From the NCBI GenBank assembly GCA_964016885.1, contig OZ024745.1:106764001-106828000 (forward strand): DNA of 64,000 nt, given 5' to 3'. Under the pieces are notes generated by a model. The model did not search any database, was not told the DNA's origin, and saw only the letters and a list, made by a program, of their open reading frames with translations. The position numbers were made by a program, and so were the translations under genes. Below, piece after piece: positions 13,879 to 27,304 of this stretch. Position 1 is the first letter of the stretch; each line of letters begins with the position of its first letter. The stretch is from Eledone cirrhosa. Taxonomy: Eukaryota.

Positions 13879-15458
13879 ACTCATTTGAAATATGAAGAAA
13901 TATATTGGGTAAAAACATCGTTTTGCTTTGTTTTCTTTCCCTTTTACTCTAGTACTACCTTTATATTTTTATCCATATTGTACCGGCTTTCCAAACACTT
14001 TACCATTTATTACATATCTCACAATGCGTCACGTAAATATTTTTTGAAGCTTATTTTTTTCCTTTTAGTATCGGAGAGTGCGCGTCGGGTTCAATTCTCA
14101 ACTGTAGGTAAATCACCTTTTTCATTTACACTTCTTTTACTAAAAGCAAAATGCATAAACGCAAAAACTTCAATTTCTTTCATTGTTCTCAAATACCCCA
14201 CCTCAACCTCCAAACTACCTCTGATTAGAAATATATAATTTATATATTATTTCATAAGACTGATGTAATGATGGTATCTATCATATGGTTTAGAGAATCA
14301 AAATTCAGGATGGTGTGATATTTGCTGATCGTTGCTGTGAAGGCAAATACCTTGTTGCATTTCATATGTTTTTTGGATGTTTTAATTATAAGCGTCCAAG
14401 TCCTGAGAGACAGTTTAGCACTCTTTGCATGATGTTTTTATTTCGAAACGAACAGTATGTTTCTGTTTGCATGTTGTTGTGTATAGTCTCAGACCTAGCT
14501 TAATCGAGTAGACCTATGTTCGAATGTATTCCAATTATGACCATCTTAATTTTTGTGTATCTAGGATTATATTATCCTTAACATTATTTCCAATGATAGC
14601 TCCACCGTTGGTTTCCCATATGATGATTCCAGTTTTTCGATCAACCGAATTGCCTACTCATTGAGTTATAGTCTAATTGGTTGAATGTCTCGCAGATACA
14701 TGTATCCTATGTTAACAATCACCCAGAATGAGCGTAACACTGTGTATAACAAAACTGTCTCTTCGACATACTACCAAAGTGTTTCCGTCTGCACAATTTC
14801 ACCAACAAGGCTTGCTTCCAGCCAAAACTTATGATAAAAGAAAAGTCTGCCCATGATCGCACACAGTTGGATGAAATCCGGGATCCTATGACTGTGACAT
14901 TTTTGTCTTCAATGGCAGGAAAAGAGTAGAAACATGAATTTCAAGATTATATTTCTCGTGGTCTTCAGTTGCATTCCTATACATTCTGTACTTGATAAGA
15001 TAAGCATCAGATTAAATAAGTATCAAACAAATACTAAGGGATCAAATCGAACGCCTGTACATTCACAGAAATTAATTGTCTATTGCTCACACGTGACGAG
15101 ATTTAAACATGTACAGAGCAGATGAAATGGGATGATGTGGGGTGTTGGGTGGCGTTCACAGGGTCACCAGTAAGGCGAGATAAAATACTTTTTTTGGTTG
15201 CTATTTCAAGCAGGTCAAAGGAATCCATAAGGGCTCTCTCAAGGGCTTGTTTGGCAGAGACATGTACACTAAAAGAGGATCTGCTTGTTCAATTCAAGTA
15301 TACTAAGATGTTCACATTGGGGTGTATGTTGCAGTTCACAGAACATGCAGAGGAAGACAATTTATTTCCAGTACTCTATAGAGTAAATGGTATTTCTTTA
15401 ACCTGAATTCAATGGCTATTTCCATCCGTTCTGTCATTATAATAGCGAATGAATGGTC

Positions 15459-15645
15459 GGTGGATTGGCAGTATCGGTAGAGGGTCGGACGCCATGCTTT
15501 GCAGCAAAGAGTTACGGCCCTTTATGGTCTGAGTTCAAATCCCGCCGAGGTTAACTTTGCCTTTCACACTTACGGGGTCGATAAAATAAAGTACCAGTAA
15601 TACACTGGTATAATTGGTGGCCTTGTGCCAAAACTAGAAACAATT
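15459..15645 (+). mobile_element. Main-family SINE with TSD
   Basis: Flanked by attataatag(c/t)gaatgaa. Confidence 0.85.
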
Positions 15646-15753
15646 ATAATAGTGAATGAAGCATGTAGATTCTTAAAATGAAACAGCGTTTCGATCGATT
15701 TAGTTTTCCTTTGTCACCAGATGCTATCATCACTTATAATAATTTCCCACATG

Positions 15754-15794
<41 letters not shown>

Positions 15795-15862
15795 TAGAAC
15801 TAAGTGGGGAGATTTTCAAGCAACACCTACAGAATGAGTGGTAGTAGAAAAAGGAACGTTCA

Positions 15863-15899
<37 letters not shown>

Positions 15900-16477
15900 G
15901 TGTGTGTGTGTCAGACTCTGTATTAGTTACGCTGACCTTCCTACTCCCTTTTCGCTATCTCTGTCGAAAATGTTAAGTTCATGTGTTCGATTCCTGGCTT
16001 GGATGATACTTTGTGATCTTAAGCAAGACGCTTCATTTCACTTTACTTTTCATTAGGGATACAACCTCGCAGGTGGCCAGCTAAACTTGTATAGGTGTGA
16101 GCACTAAAATTTATTCCATTTTTCTTTCATTTATTTTCTTTTTAGTACATGAAATAGGGTAATTGACATCACCCTTCCCTTCTGACTAAAAAATAATTGT
16201 TTCTACTTTCAGCAGAAGGCCAGCAATTATCCTGACTAAAAAATAATATTACTATTTTACTTTATATATTTGTATCATCTATTCCTCCTTAACATAATAT
16301 ATTCTAATGCTTGCTCTTATCGCATCTGAAGCTTTAAGTAGACCTATTGACTGCTTCAATGATTTTTCTCTCAGGGTGAAATGTCCTGGCCCGTATACAT
16401 ACCATAGCGCCTTTCTTTTCTCACTCTCACAGCACTCACTACTTCCCACTTTCTATCTCATTGATTCCACGCACGCA

Positions 16478-16554
<77 letters not shown>

Positions 16555-17049
16555 GCACACACGCAGACACACACACATGCCTTGCCATAAATGCTATAAT
16601 CGATTCCTGATTACCGTTGTCGCTGGTCGTTGTAGCAAGTCACTGTTATCTTTTAGATCTGTCCCATCCTACTACACAAGCGCGTACGCCGGTTCGTGGT
16701 GGATTAACAACAAAAGTAGGCAGACAAATACGCGAGCACATAGCTAAGGACAAATATATCCCGTCACAGAAAAACGCACAAGCTCTTGTGCACTCCGTCA
16801 ACGTGTACGCACACACATACACACACACATTTGTCTAATACACACATTAAACATACATTAAAATAAGGATACACAAAGAGTGTCGAATCAATATAATTTC
16901 TGTTATTAATGTCGACAGTCAATTGACAAGATCCCAGACATCATTCGCTTAACGAGTGGGGTGGAGCTCGTCAAATCGGACCGAGGAAACAATGTTTCCA
17001 TTGGTCTTTCTATCTATCATTGCTAATACTATCTATCAGTCGCAGCTCC

Positions 17050-17178
17050 AGGTAGAAGGAACAACGTGAAATAAAGTGTCTTGCTCAAGGACATAACGCA
17101 TCGCCCGGTCCGGGAATCAAACTCACAACCTCACGATTGTGAATCCAATTCGCTAACCACTTAGCCACCTGCCTTCAC
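17050..17178 (-). mobile_element. Second tRNA-derived SINE family (CORE-SINE-like)
   Basis: Minus strand gtgaaggcaggtggctaagtggttag...gtgagtttgattcccggaccggg...gtccttgagcaagacactttat. A related head is at 62718-62789, with fragments at about 4310-4375 and 45150-45260. Confidence 0.65.
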
Positions 17179-17410
17179 CTGTTATTAATATTGACGGTTT
17201 ATTTCGAAGTTTCACCGAGGTTACTGGCTTATCATAACAATTCATTAGATCTCAGTTTGAATTATTCTCTTAGCAACTTGGCTGGACTAGAAAGGTCAAA
17301 TATATAAAAACCATAACTAAATGCCGCAAAGGTGTTCTAACGATTTTGCCAATCCCTTATCTGACTGACAATAAAACCGAAATGAAAGTCAACTGGTGTG
17401 TTTGTATTAT

Positions 17411-17596
17411 TGGATTGGCAGTATCGGTAGAGCGTCAGACATTATGATTTGCAGCATAGAGTTATGGCCCTTTGAGTTCTGAGTTCCAATCCCACCAGGG
17501 TTAACTTTGCCTTTCATCCTTACGGGATCGATAAAATAAAGTACCAGTAAGGCATTGGGTAATTGCTTGCCTTGTGCCAAAAGTAGAAACAATTAT
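17411..17596 (+). mobile_element. Main-family SINE
   Basis: Diagnostic head, B box, core and tail motifs. Confidence 0.8.
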
Positions 17597-18002
17597 CCAA
17601 TGTGTACTTTTGTAAGATGGTGGTGTGGGAAATGAAGAAAATTTAGCTGTTATTTCTAACAGATTGAGTGACCATTTTCAGGCTCCTTAGTATACTCACC
17701 TGTATGCTTGTAGTTTCTTTTGATGACCACAACAATTGCGGTAGATCAGTATTTGAACACCGAGACACAAGCGATGAAGTGCTTAAAATTAGAGATTTTA
17801 GTCAACCATCTTCGTCCTTTTGCCACTACAGTGTGAGTGAGTGTTTGTAGTAGACTTGTTGATGATTGTTACTTGAGTGGATGAAAGAGGAGAACATATA
17901 CAAGAAATAGTGATATAGAATAATAGAGAAGAGAAATGGAGGATGTTGCAACAGTATATATGTATATACGCACACACAAACACACGTGTGTGTGTGTGAG
18001 TT

Positions 18003-18043
<41 letters not shown>

Positions 18044-19409
18044 ACACACATATATAAATATATATATATATACACACATACACACACATATATAAATATA
18101 TATATATATATATTATATATATATATATTATATATATATAATATATATATATATGCAAACATTATTTGAATGAATGTGTGCGTATGCGTTTGTACGTCTG
18201 TGTATGTATGGGCCTTCATGTATGTGTGTGTGCGTCCGTGCGTGTGAGAGCATTTATGAGGAATGCTGTAGTGTGTTAAAATATGTACTTGGGAGCTATA
18301 ATTGGGATTTGGTTGATGCCATTGACAGGTTTATGAATGAGCTGACCTCATTAAGCTAGGATCTCCACAGCAACGTATATTGACCACATCGGCTTTTGTT
18401 GACCAAAGCTGTTTAAGTCGATCGCCCGGTCAAATCCCTCTCTGACCAGCTGAAGCATGCTTGCTACTTAAGTTAAGCTAGTCAGTATAGTTCAGCTGAA
18501 GGGTCAGTTAAGATGACAACTGGATGGTGTTCCAAGTAGAACTCAATTTGACAGGCTTTCAACAAACCGTTTTCTTGCAAGATAATTTGTGTAGAAGGAG
18601 AATTGCAGCGATGTCACAAAATCTCATTTCCCACTTGAGTCGATGTATGGAATAAATTGCTTTTGACACATAACTAACCATTGGTATGGTGGTTAAACAT
18701 TTTCAGTGTCCAATTTCACAGCAACTAATTCGTGCGTTCGAATTCTCTCGCGAACGCATTTTGGGCAAATATCTTCTAATATAGCTTTTGGGTGACCAGT
18801 AATTCGTAAATAAAATTTGGTAGACGGAAACCGATCAGAAGCCGCTCGTGTATATGCGCGTGCAAGTTTACACACCCTGTTTTTGTACTGTAAAATAGAT
18901 GTTCGGCAAACTGAGGTCGATAAAATATGTACCAGACTTGAAAAAAACAAGTCGATGTGATTGACAGAAGGTGGTGCCCCAGCATATTCGCAGTCTAATG
19001 ACCAACACCAGTAAAAAATGATATACCATGAAAATATGCATGTTTATACTCCTTTGAAGAATGACCCCTTCCTGTAAAGTTATCAAGACACACCTCCTTT
19101 TGTAACCTAAGAACGTATTTTATTTTACGTTAGTTATAATTTGAAGACGAACGTAAATCAATACAACAAATAGGTAGTGCCGTTGATCGAACGTTTCAAA
19201 CACACATCGTCGAAACTGGGAGAGGTAAATTATTAATTAATTTTATTCTAACCATTGAATGAATTTTGAAACCATTACTATTTCTAGGTAAGTTGTGAAT
19301 AAGTGGGACACTTTGTCGATTCACCCCCTCCCTCCCCGCCTGAAATGAAGTATTCTAGAAAATATCCCGAAACTGTGCAATTTTACAAGAACCAAACCGA
19401 TGTATGTGT

Positions 19410-19699
19410 CTAAAGATCTATGGCAAACTCCCTCGAGCCTCTGCCCTTCTAAAATCCCGGAAAGCTCAATTTGCTGGCCACTGTCACCGTGCCAGCAATG
19501 AAATCATATCAGCTCTCTTGCTCTGGAACCCTGACTCCAGCCTGACTAGGAGTAGGAAGCTGTCATTCCCTGACGTTATCTCTAGGGATACGGGAATCAG
19601 TAGACAGGACCTGGGGGCGGCGATGGGGGACAGGGAATTCTGGGGCATGAGAGTGAGATCCATCATCTCGACAGTAGTCGACGAATGATGATGATGATG
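19410..19699 (+). mobile_element. RTE/RTE-X-like LINE 3' end with (TGA)n tail
   Basis: IYGKLPRASALLKSRKAQFAGHCHRASNEIISALLLWNP...DVISRDTG...AMGDREFW, stop, then TGATGATGATG. Confidence 0.75.
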
Positions 19700-19899
19700 T
19701 GTGGTGAGATCACATATATAGAAAACCTCATATAAACAAAACTCCTTGTTTCATAAAGAGATTATTGCGCAATGTTTGGCATCATTTGGTGAGGAGAATT
19801 TGAATCTCTTCAATTTAGGCGTCTTAAAAAGTTGTATAAGCTTAGCTTTGATTAAACAAAGCATTATACCTGATGCTCTATCGATCGTGCCGACCCAGT

Positions 19900-20870
19900 A
19901 ATAATAATTGTTTCTACTTTAGGCACAAGACACAGGCCAGTGCGGTGGATTGGAAATATCGGTGGAGCATCAGATACCATACTTTGCAGTATAGAGTTAT
20001 GGCCCTTTACGTTCCGAGTTCAAATCCCGCCGAGGTTAGCTCTGCCTTTCATCCTTACAGGGTTGATAAAATAAAGTACCAGTAACGCAATGGGGTCAAT
20101 TTAATTGACTCTTCTCCCACCACAAATTGCTGTCTTTATATACATTGATAAGCACATTATGAAACACACTCATACTAAGTATATATTAGCAGACACCCAC
20201 ACTGAACGCAGTATTTCTACTAGTCCTCCTCGTTAGTAGTTAATATCTATTATTAATGGTGGATTGGAAAGGGCGGTGGATTGGCAGTATCGGTAAAGGG
20301 TCGGACACCGTGCTTTGCAGCATAGAGTTACGGCCCTTTACAGTCTGATTTCAAATTCCGCTACGGTTAACTTTGCCTTTCATCTTCACGGGGTCGATAA
20401 AATAAAGTACCAGTCATGCCCTGGGGTAATTGCTGGCCTTGTGCCAAAGGTAGAACCAATTATTAATGTTATTGGGCTCCTAAAACAGAGTACCAAAAGC
20501 TATTTTTCCAGCTTTTTTACATTCCGAGTTCAAATACAGCTGAGGCCAACTTTGCCTCTCATCCTTCTAGTGTCGATAATGTGAAGTACCAGTTAAGTTT
20601 TCGGTCGATATAATCGACTTTCCGATTTCCCCAAATTGCTGGCCTTGTGCAAATGTTAGTAAGAGTTATTAAGGCGGTGGACATGTAAAATCGTTTGACC
20701 ACAGAAAAAAAGTGGCTTGAAGTATTTTTTCCAGCTTTTTTACATTTCGAATTTAAATATCTCCGAGGTACACTTTGCCTTCGATAAAACATACCTAACA
20801 AGTACTGGACTCAATATAATCAACTGCTCCTTCTTTCTATTTTTCTGTCCTTGTACCAATGTTAGAAATC
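19900..20870 (+). mobile_element. Cluster of main-family SINE copies and older relatives
   Basis: Copies at about 19941-20135 and 20272-20463, with degenerate copies further on. Confidence 0.7.
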
Positions 20871-23833
20871 TGGAGATTATTCAGCCGAATTCATGATAAA
20901 TGGATGTTATCATATAGTATACATAGTAACGGAGAAATTGTCTCTTAGTATGTAGTGACGTCAACTTTGTTATTCTTCAGGGTTGGATACAATGTGTGCC
21001 ACATCAAGTACTGGGGTCGATTTAAGCAAGCATATATATTGTTTGATGTTCATGCATTTCCCAAAAGGAATTAGTGGCAATAAAAAATGGAAATGGCACG
21101 TCCCCCACTCGTGAAAAATAGACTCACACACTAAATTTGCTTTACTTGAAAATTACCGCCCTTTTATAATTTTCGTTATTGACATACACATATATTCTAA
21201 AGCCGGATACGTATGTCATCCATCTTTTTTTCTATTTTTATATTTTGGCATTCACATTTGGGAGGTGGGGCATTTACACACACGCGTACGGTTTGTTTCT
21301 TTTCCACCAGCCTGGCTCAAACTCACCCTTTCCCTCATTCTGCTATCCGATCACTTCTTGTCCAAATTTTAATTGCTTTTCCAGTGTTTTAGAATATATT
21401 AACGTTCACTTCTCTTAAGAAAAGCAAAAGAAAAAAAAAGTGCGATCTTTATGAACATATGTATAACACACACACATATATAATACACACACGTATGTAT
21501 ATATATAGATAGATATATATCCATACGAGTATTCATATACTACATTTACATACTGTTTGATGCTGTACGCACACAAACTTGTGTATGTTCTCACACACAC
21601 ATGCCTGTGTAGTAGTTAATCCTATAACCCAATGACATTTTAATGCTAATGTTGAAGCAGGCAAGCAATCCAAAATCTGTTCCCCAACCACCACCATTTT
21701 CCAGTCTCGCTGAATTTTAGGCGCTTGCTGTTCGCCAGTTTGGTGGCGCCCTCTTGTGCCGACCCAGTGACCGGATGGAGCCGAGAGTGATGAGAAACGA
21801 AATACTTATCCCAGAAGGTGAACCTGGTAGTTGACTAAGCAAAACGAAAACAAGGGGAATTATCAACTGTTAGTTGCTGTGAGAGAACGGTGTAAAGCCA
21901 GGCCTGTGTCTATTCAGTTGATTAATAAATTTCTATCAATTGGCTTTGTGATTATTTTTTTCTTTCTTTCAAATTTCCTTCCCACTATAGCGTGCATACT
22001 CGTATTTTCTCTTACGCATGAGTTAAGGTGGTTTTCGTTACCACAACACAGGATGTGTGTGTTCGTGTGAAAGGCATAATAGGGTTGTTTGTTGCGTAGC
22101 CCCAAATGAAGAAAACCTAAGATCAAGGGGTATTTAACAGTACCTATGCTATCTTTCCTCCATATACAGAAGCAGGAACACATGTCAGAAGGATAAATAC
22201 ACAATAAAAATTAACCCGTGGGGAATACAGAGGTATTTTTGCAATTACATATATACTACTATACTGTGTGTAATAAACATGTGTTTAGGCAGTTGTGGTG
22301 TGATGGTGAGGTTAATTTCTCACTGCCCGTGAACAGGGAATTATGAGATGGTAGTGGGATAAATAAACGTGTATGAGAAGCGAGGTGGTGAAAGAGAAAT
22401 GTGAGATAGATGTATGACTGATGTAGAGTTTTGTTTAGCATCAGGTCAACCTTGATTGAGGAGATCCATGAGGAGTTCAACGATATTCGTGCCTCGACCA
22501 TCCGATTTTTCTCCAATCTGTTAGGAGCCGTCATCCAGATTATCCAACGTTTCATTTTTATACAATGATAGAGTGTCGTTTGAAGATTTAGCTGCTGTTT
22601 CTAACAGATAAAAATACAGCACAAAAGCTCATTGTGTAGAGAAGGGAAGGAAAGACCAGCAAGATATATTTAACAGTATGAAACAGAGAGAGAGAGAGAG
22701 AGAGTCATTATGTAAATGTAACGCTGCGTGTGTAGAGTTGTAGGATGGAGGCGAGGCATTTTCCAGAGTATACGTGATAGAAGTTTTGAAGTGAAAGATT
22801 TAGAGTTGTGAAACCCAACAGTAAAATAAAATAAAACCGTAACGCGACAAGTAGAGTGTATGTGTGAGAGTGGGGCCTTTTTCTATATGTCTGCAGTATC
22901 AATAGACAAATAAGAACACTTGTGTAAATATCAAATAGTTCAAGTGGTTGCTATGGGATACGTCTCTTTTCATGATCAGCAGTATGTGTATGTTTGTTGA
23001 GAGTTCTTATATTTGTGACTACAATATGTTATTATATGCTATGTTATTCAGCGCTAACATGACAGTGTCGTTAGCTATGAATTCAAATCCCACCAAGCCC
23101 ATCAAAGGCAAACATTCTTTCGGGGTCGATAAATAAAGTACCATCCGAATGTAGAAGGGTGCTAGCGTGTCAGTCTTGCAGTATATGTTCTCTCTTTTTG
23201 TGGTTATGACATCAATACCTGCGATGGCACATGTGTCACGATGAAAGTATAGGGAAAACACTTGAAAGTATGGGCAAAGGGCAACTACTAGGCCTCCACA
23301 AATAAAACAAAATGTCCAGTCCTATGTCTTAGTGAGGAAATTATCAGGCACATGTAAACAGTCTTACGAGACGTACATATATCAATAACTTCTACAAAAT
23401 CAATATTGCATTTCTATGAAATTATTATCTATGAAGTAAAGGGCGGTGGATTGGCAGTATAGACATGCTTTACAGCATATAATTACGGCCCGTTACGTTC
23501 TGTGTTCAAATTCTGCCGAGGTTCACCTTGCCTTTCGTCCTTACCAGTAATGTACTGAGGTTGATTTAATCCACTTTCCTCTTCCCTTCAAAATTGCTGA
23601 CCTTGTACCAAAAGTATAAACTATTTTTCAGGCAAAAGATAACACGTACTTATTAGAGCGTCGGACATATGTTGGCTCTGACATAAGGCGCTCCAGCTTT
23701 GACCGTTCCAAAATGTTTCAAGAATACACGCACACATATATATATATATGACTATATAATTTTGACTATATTACATTCAACGCTTTGGAACGTATTGAAA
23801 AGGATGAGCGTGAACGGCACAATAGTGAAATTA

Positions 23834-25488
23834 CACTGGTCAACAGCCAAAATGCTTCTGAGACCAAAGTAGCAATTTCTAATGAATATCATGGTTAAAA
23901 CTGCTTGTTAGCTCTACTTTTCAACATACACGGACGTTTGTGGCGTATAACTACTATGGTTATACGGCACAGAAACGTTGTATAACTACTCTGGTTAAAA
24001 ATGCATACCTATATTTTGGATGCAAGATTGGTGACCAGGATAAGAAGTGGGCTCTTCACATATGCTGCAACACTTGTGCTACAAACATTTACCAATGGTT
24101 GAACAGGAAGATGAAAGGAATGCCTTTTGCTGTGCCAATGTCGTGGCAGGAGCCAACAGACCATACCAGCAATTGCTATTTCTGCATGGTACTTCCAGTA
24201 AAAAGGGGCTTGTCAAAGAAGAAAAAGGAATCCGTTGAATATCCAAACATTCCATCAACTATTCACCCAGTTCCGCATGGAGAAGGTGTACCTGTTCCTG
24301 ATGCACCAAGTTTGGTATCCTTCAAGTCAGATGAAGAAAGTGTTGAGGAGGAGAGCAGAAAATGATGACCGAGTGACCCAAATTTTGATAAAGCACTCTC
24401 CTCTAAACAAAGAACTCCATAACCTTGTCAGGGATCTACAACTACCTAAGCATAAGGCAGAGCTACTAGGCTCTTGTCTTCAACAGTGAAATCTCCTAGC
24501 ACTGATGTGAAGATTTCAAAATTCCGTGACTGTCAGCAGCAGTACAGCAATTCCTTCCTAATGGAAGGTGATTTATTGGCCTGCAACAATATTAATGGTC
24601 TGATGGAAGCACTTAATATATGTAAAAGCTATGGACAAATCCAGTCAAGGATTCAAGTATTTAACATCAAAATTCCCCTCACTGAGCAACGCTAAGATAG
24701 CAGATGGAGTCTTCACTGGTCCTCAGATTGGTGAGCTTCTTAAAGATAGTAACTTTGAATCAGCCCTTCAAGGGGAGGAGAAAGCTGCTTGGGAAGCATT
24801 CAAGTTAGTGGTGAAGGGAAGGAACCTATGAAGAATAGGTGGAAAACCTCATCGAGACTTAAAAGAACATAGGATGTAACATGTCACTTAAAATCCACTT
24901 TTTAGACTCACATTTAGACTTTTTTCCAGCCACCTGTGTGACAGTTAGTGACAAACATGGTGAAAGGTTTTGCCGAGATATTTCAAAAATGGAAAAGTGG
25001 TACTAGGGCAAATGGAACACAATGCTTGCAGACTATTTCAGGACAATGACAAGAGATGATTCTTCAGCCCACTATAAGTGTCAAGCATAAAAGGTAGAAA
25101 GTAGATACGAACTAGAGCTTAAAACATAATGACACATATTGTTCATTATAATAAAATAATCAAATATTACATGCCATATATCTTTAAGCCTATAGCTAAT
25201 AAGCATTCATCAAGGTGATTTTTGGATTCAGTACATGAAAATACATAAGAATTAAATATTTGTTTCTACTTTAGGCACAAGGCCAGCAATTACCCAGTGC
25301 ATTACTGGTACTTTATTTTATCGACCCCGTAAGGATGAAAGGCAAAGTCAACCTCGGCGGGATTTGAACTCAGATCGTAAAGGGACGCAACTATGCTGGA
25401 AAGCATGGCGTCCGACCCTCTACTGCCCATAAGAATTAAATAATCTCATTTAAAAAGCACACAACTTTTCAAAAATTGTTGACCAGTG
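23834..25488 (+). mobile_element. Decayed, internally deleted DNA transposon, probably Chapaev3 (CMC superfamily)
   Basis: 12-bp TIRs CACTGGTCAACA / TGTTGACCAGTG with flanks tta / ttg. Frameshifted transposase pieces: YFGCKIGDQDKKWALHICCNTC...MPFAVPMSWQEPTDHTSNCYFC, ELHNLVRDLQLPKHKAELLGS, FKYLTSKFPSLSNAKIADGVFTGPQI, MSLKIHFLDSHLDFFP...SDKHGERF. Superfamily assignment is from memory of CAC termini and 3-bp TWA TSD. Confidence 0.8.
25259..25427 (-). mobile_element. Main-family SINE nested in the Chapaev3-like element
   Basis: 15-bp TSD cataagaattaaata at 25244-25258 and 25428-25442. Confidence 0.88.
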
Positions 25489-26350
25489 TTGTTAAGGAAT
25501 CTGCATGATGAGCAACAAGCTGCAGTGAGAGTAGAAAAGACACTCACAGAATGGTTTACAGTAAATAGAGGAGTCCGACAGAGAAGCCTGGTGTTGCCTT
25601 TGGCATTCAATCTTTACTCTGAGGAGGTGATGAGAAAGTCAGTAAATATGCTCTCCTGGATCTGGGTTCACTGTTGGTGGGGAAAATATCAACAACCTGC
25701 CATATGCTGACGACATAGTGCTCATAGCAAACCTACAAACATTGCTGGATAAAGCTTACAGAATTTCGAGGGAATATAGTCTGGAGATCAACATCAAAGA
25801 GACAAAAGTAATGGCAGCAACTATACAGAAGAAAGAAATGAATATATGGTGTCAAGGTGTTAGGCTTGAACAAGTTGGTTAATACCAGAGCAGACGGCAG
25901 AGGGAAGTTGGGAAATAAGGGCAAAACTAGCAAGAACAGTCCTGAACACACTCAGTGGCCTTTGGAAGGATAGAATTCATACAAAGTTCACCAAAAGGAA
26001 AGTAATCAAAAGATTAGGGTGGCCATAGCTTTATATGGTTGTGAGTCATGGCCTTTAAAGACTTGAAACGACGGAGTGCATTTTAAATGTCATGCTATAG
26101 GCGTGCACTTAGAATTAGCTGGACAGCTCAGAGAATAAATGAATCTGTCTTGGAAGAGATTGGTGCCAATCGACAGTTGGTTGAAGCAGTAAGGAAAAGG
26201 AAACTTCAGTATTTTGGACCAGGGGACGGCAGAAAAGGAGATGGACAGGAAAAGATGGAGAATGCTGGTCCATAAGTCCATGACGCCCGACCCTCAGATA
26301 TGAGGATGGGATGAAAAGGAAGAAGGATATTATAAATCGAGAACACATTC
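25489..26350 (+). mobile_element. 5'-truncated RTE-clade LINE, decayed reverse transcriptase C-terminal half
   Basis: LLRNLHDEQQAAVRV...EWFTVNRGVRQ...FNLYSEEVMR, then INNLPYADDIVL in another frame, YGCESW, CYRRALRISWT...NESVLEEI...RKRKLQYFG. Confidence 0.85.
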
Positions 26351-26696
26351 GATAAGGACGGCAGGCAAAGATTTGAAGGAGATTTGATAACTATTTCTGG
26401 CAGGACATGCCAGCCTGAAACTAGAAGTTATTCATATATCTATACAAATTTATGGGAACTTCTTACTTCATGTATGTACTCTACTTAGAGAAATCATAGC
26501 TTACAACCACTCATGAAATATGCAATGAATATTGAAAACTGCTATCATGTACCTGCAAGCTACACTTTGTAGATCATAAGAAGTAAACAGTTTTGAGCTC
26601 GTAATAACAGGTGAAACAAGTCGAGTTGTTCAACTGAGAGAGAAAGAGTGTCATGTATTTCAATCATTATGTGCATTTGTAAAATGAGGTTAAATG

Positions 26697-26748
26697 TTTA
26701 TTCATTAAATGTATGCATGTAAATTTATTACAAATTCATCTCTTTATT
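26697..26748 (-). promoter_or_regulatory. Candidate polyadenylation signals for the RGM 3' UTR
   Basis: Three TTTATT (AATAAA on minus) at 26697, 26724 and 26743, about 560-610 nt downstream of the stop. AT-rich background makes chance occurrence plausible. Confidence 0.3.
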
Positions 26749-27304
26749 AGTGTGTGTCTGTGTGTGTGTGTGTGGGTGTGTGGGGCGCATTAAGTGAACA
26801 ATCCAATGTACCTTGTGGTATTTATTTCCGGCCGAGTCATGGAAAAGGTGCTACAATTGGTATTGACAAACCCCCCCCCCCCCCCCCCCCCCAAGGATGG
26901 TGCACAGTATGGCTGGTGCCAAATGGCAGACAAACAAATTAGATAATGAAAAAAAAAATTCAACTCCAAGGAAAATAATTCAGACGAGTCAACATGTATA
27001 ATTAATTTGTTTTTATAATCATTAATTAATATTATTATTTACTTACAGAGTTCTAGTTGAGGTGATTTTATACAGAAATTTACAGTTAATGACACAAGAT
27101 ATCTCACAGAAACAAATATATACAGGAAAAAAAAAAAAAATAAAAGACTGCAGCAAAATATGTTGTGTCATGCAAATTATATAATTTTGTTTTGCTTTTT
27201 GATTCATTTACAAAGTTTATATTTTCTAACATAGAAAAAAAAAATAACGTTCAGTGAATGAATGTTCGTTCGTTTATTTATTTTTTCCTCTCTCCCAATC
27301 AATT

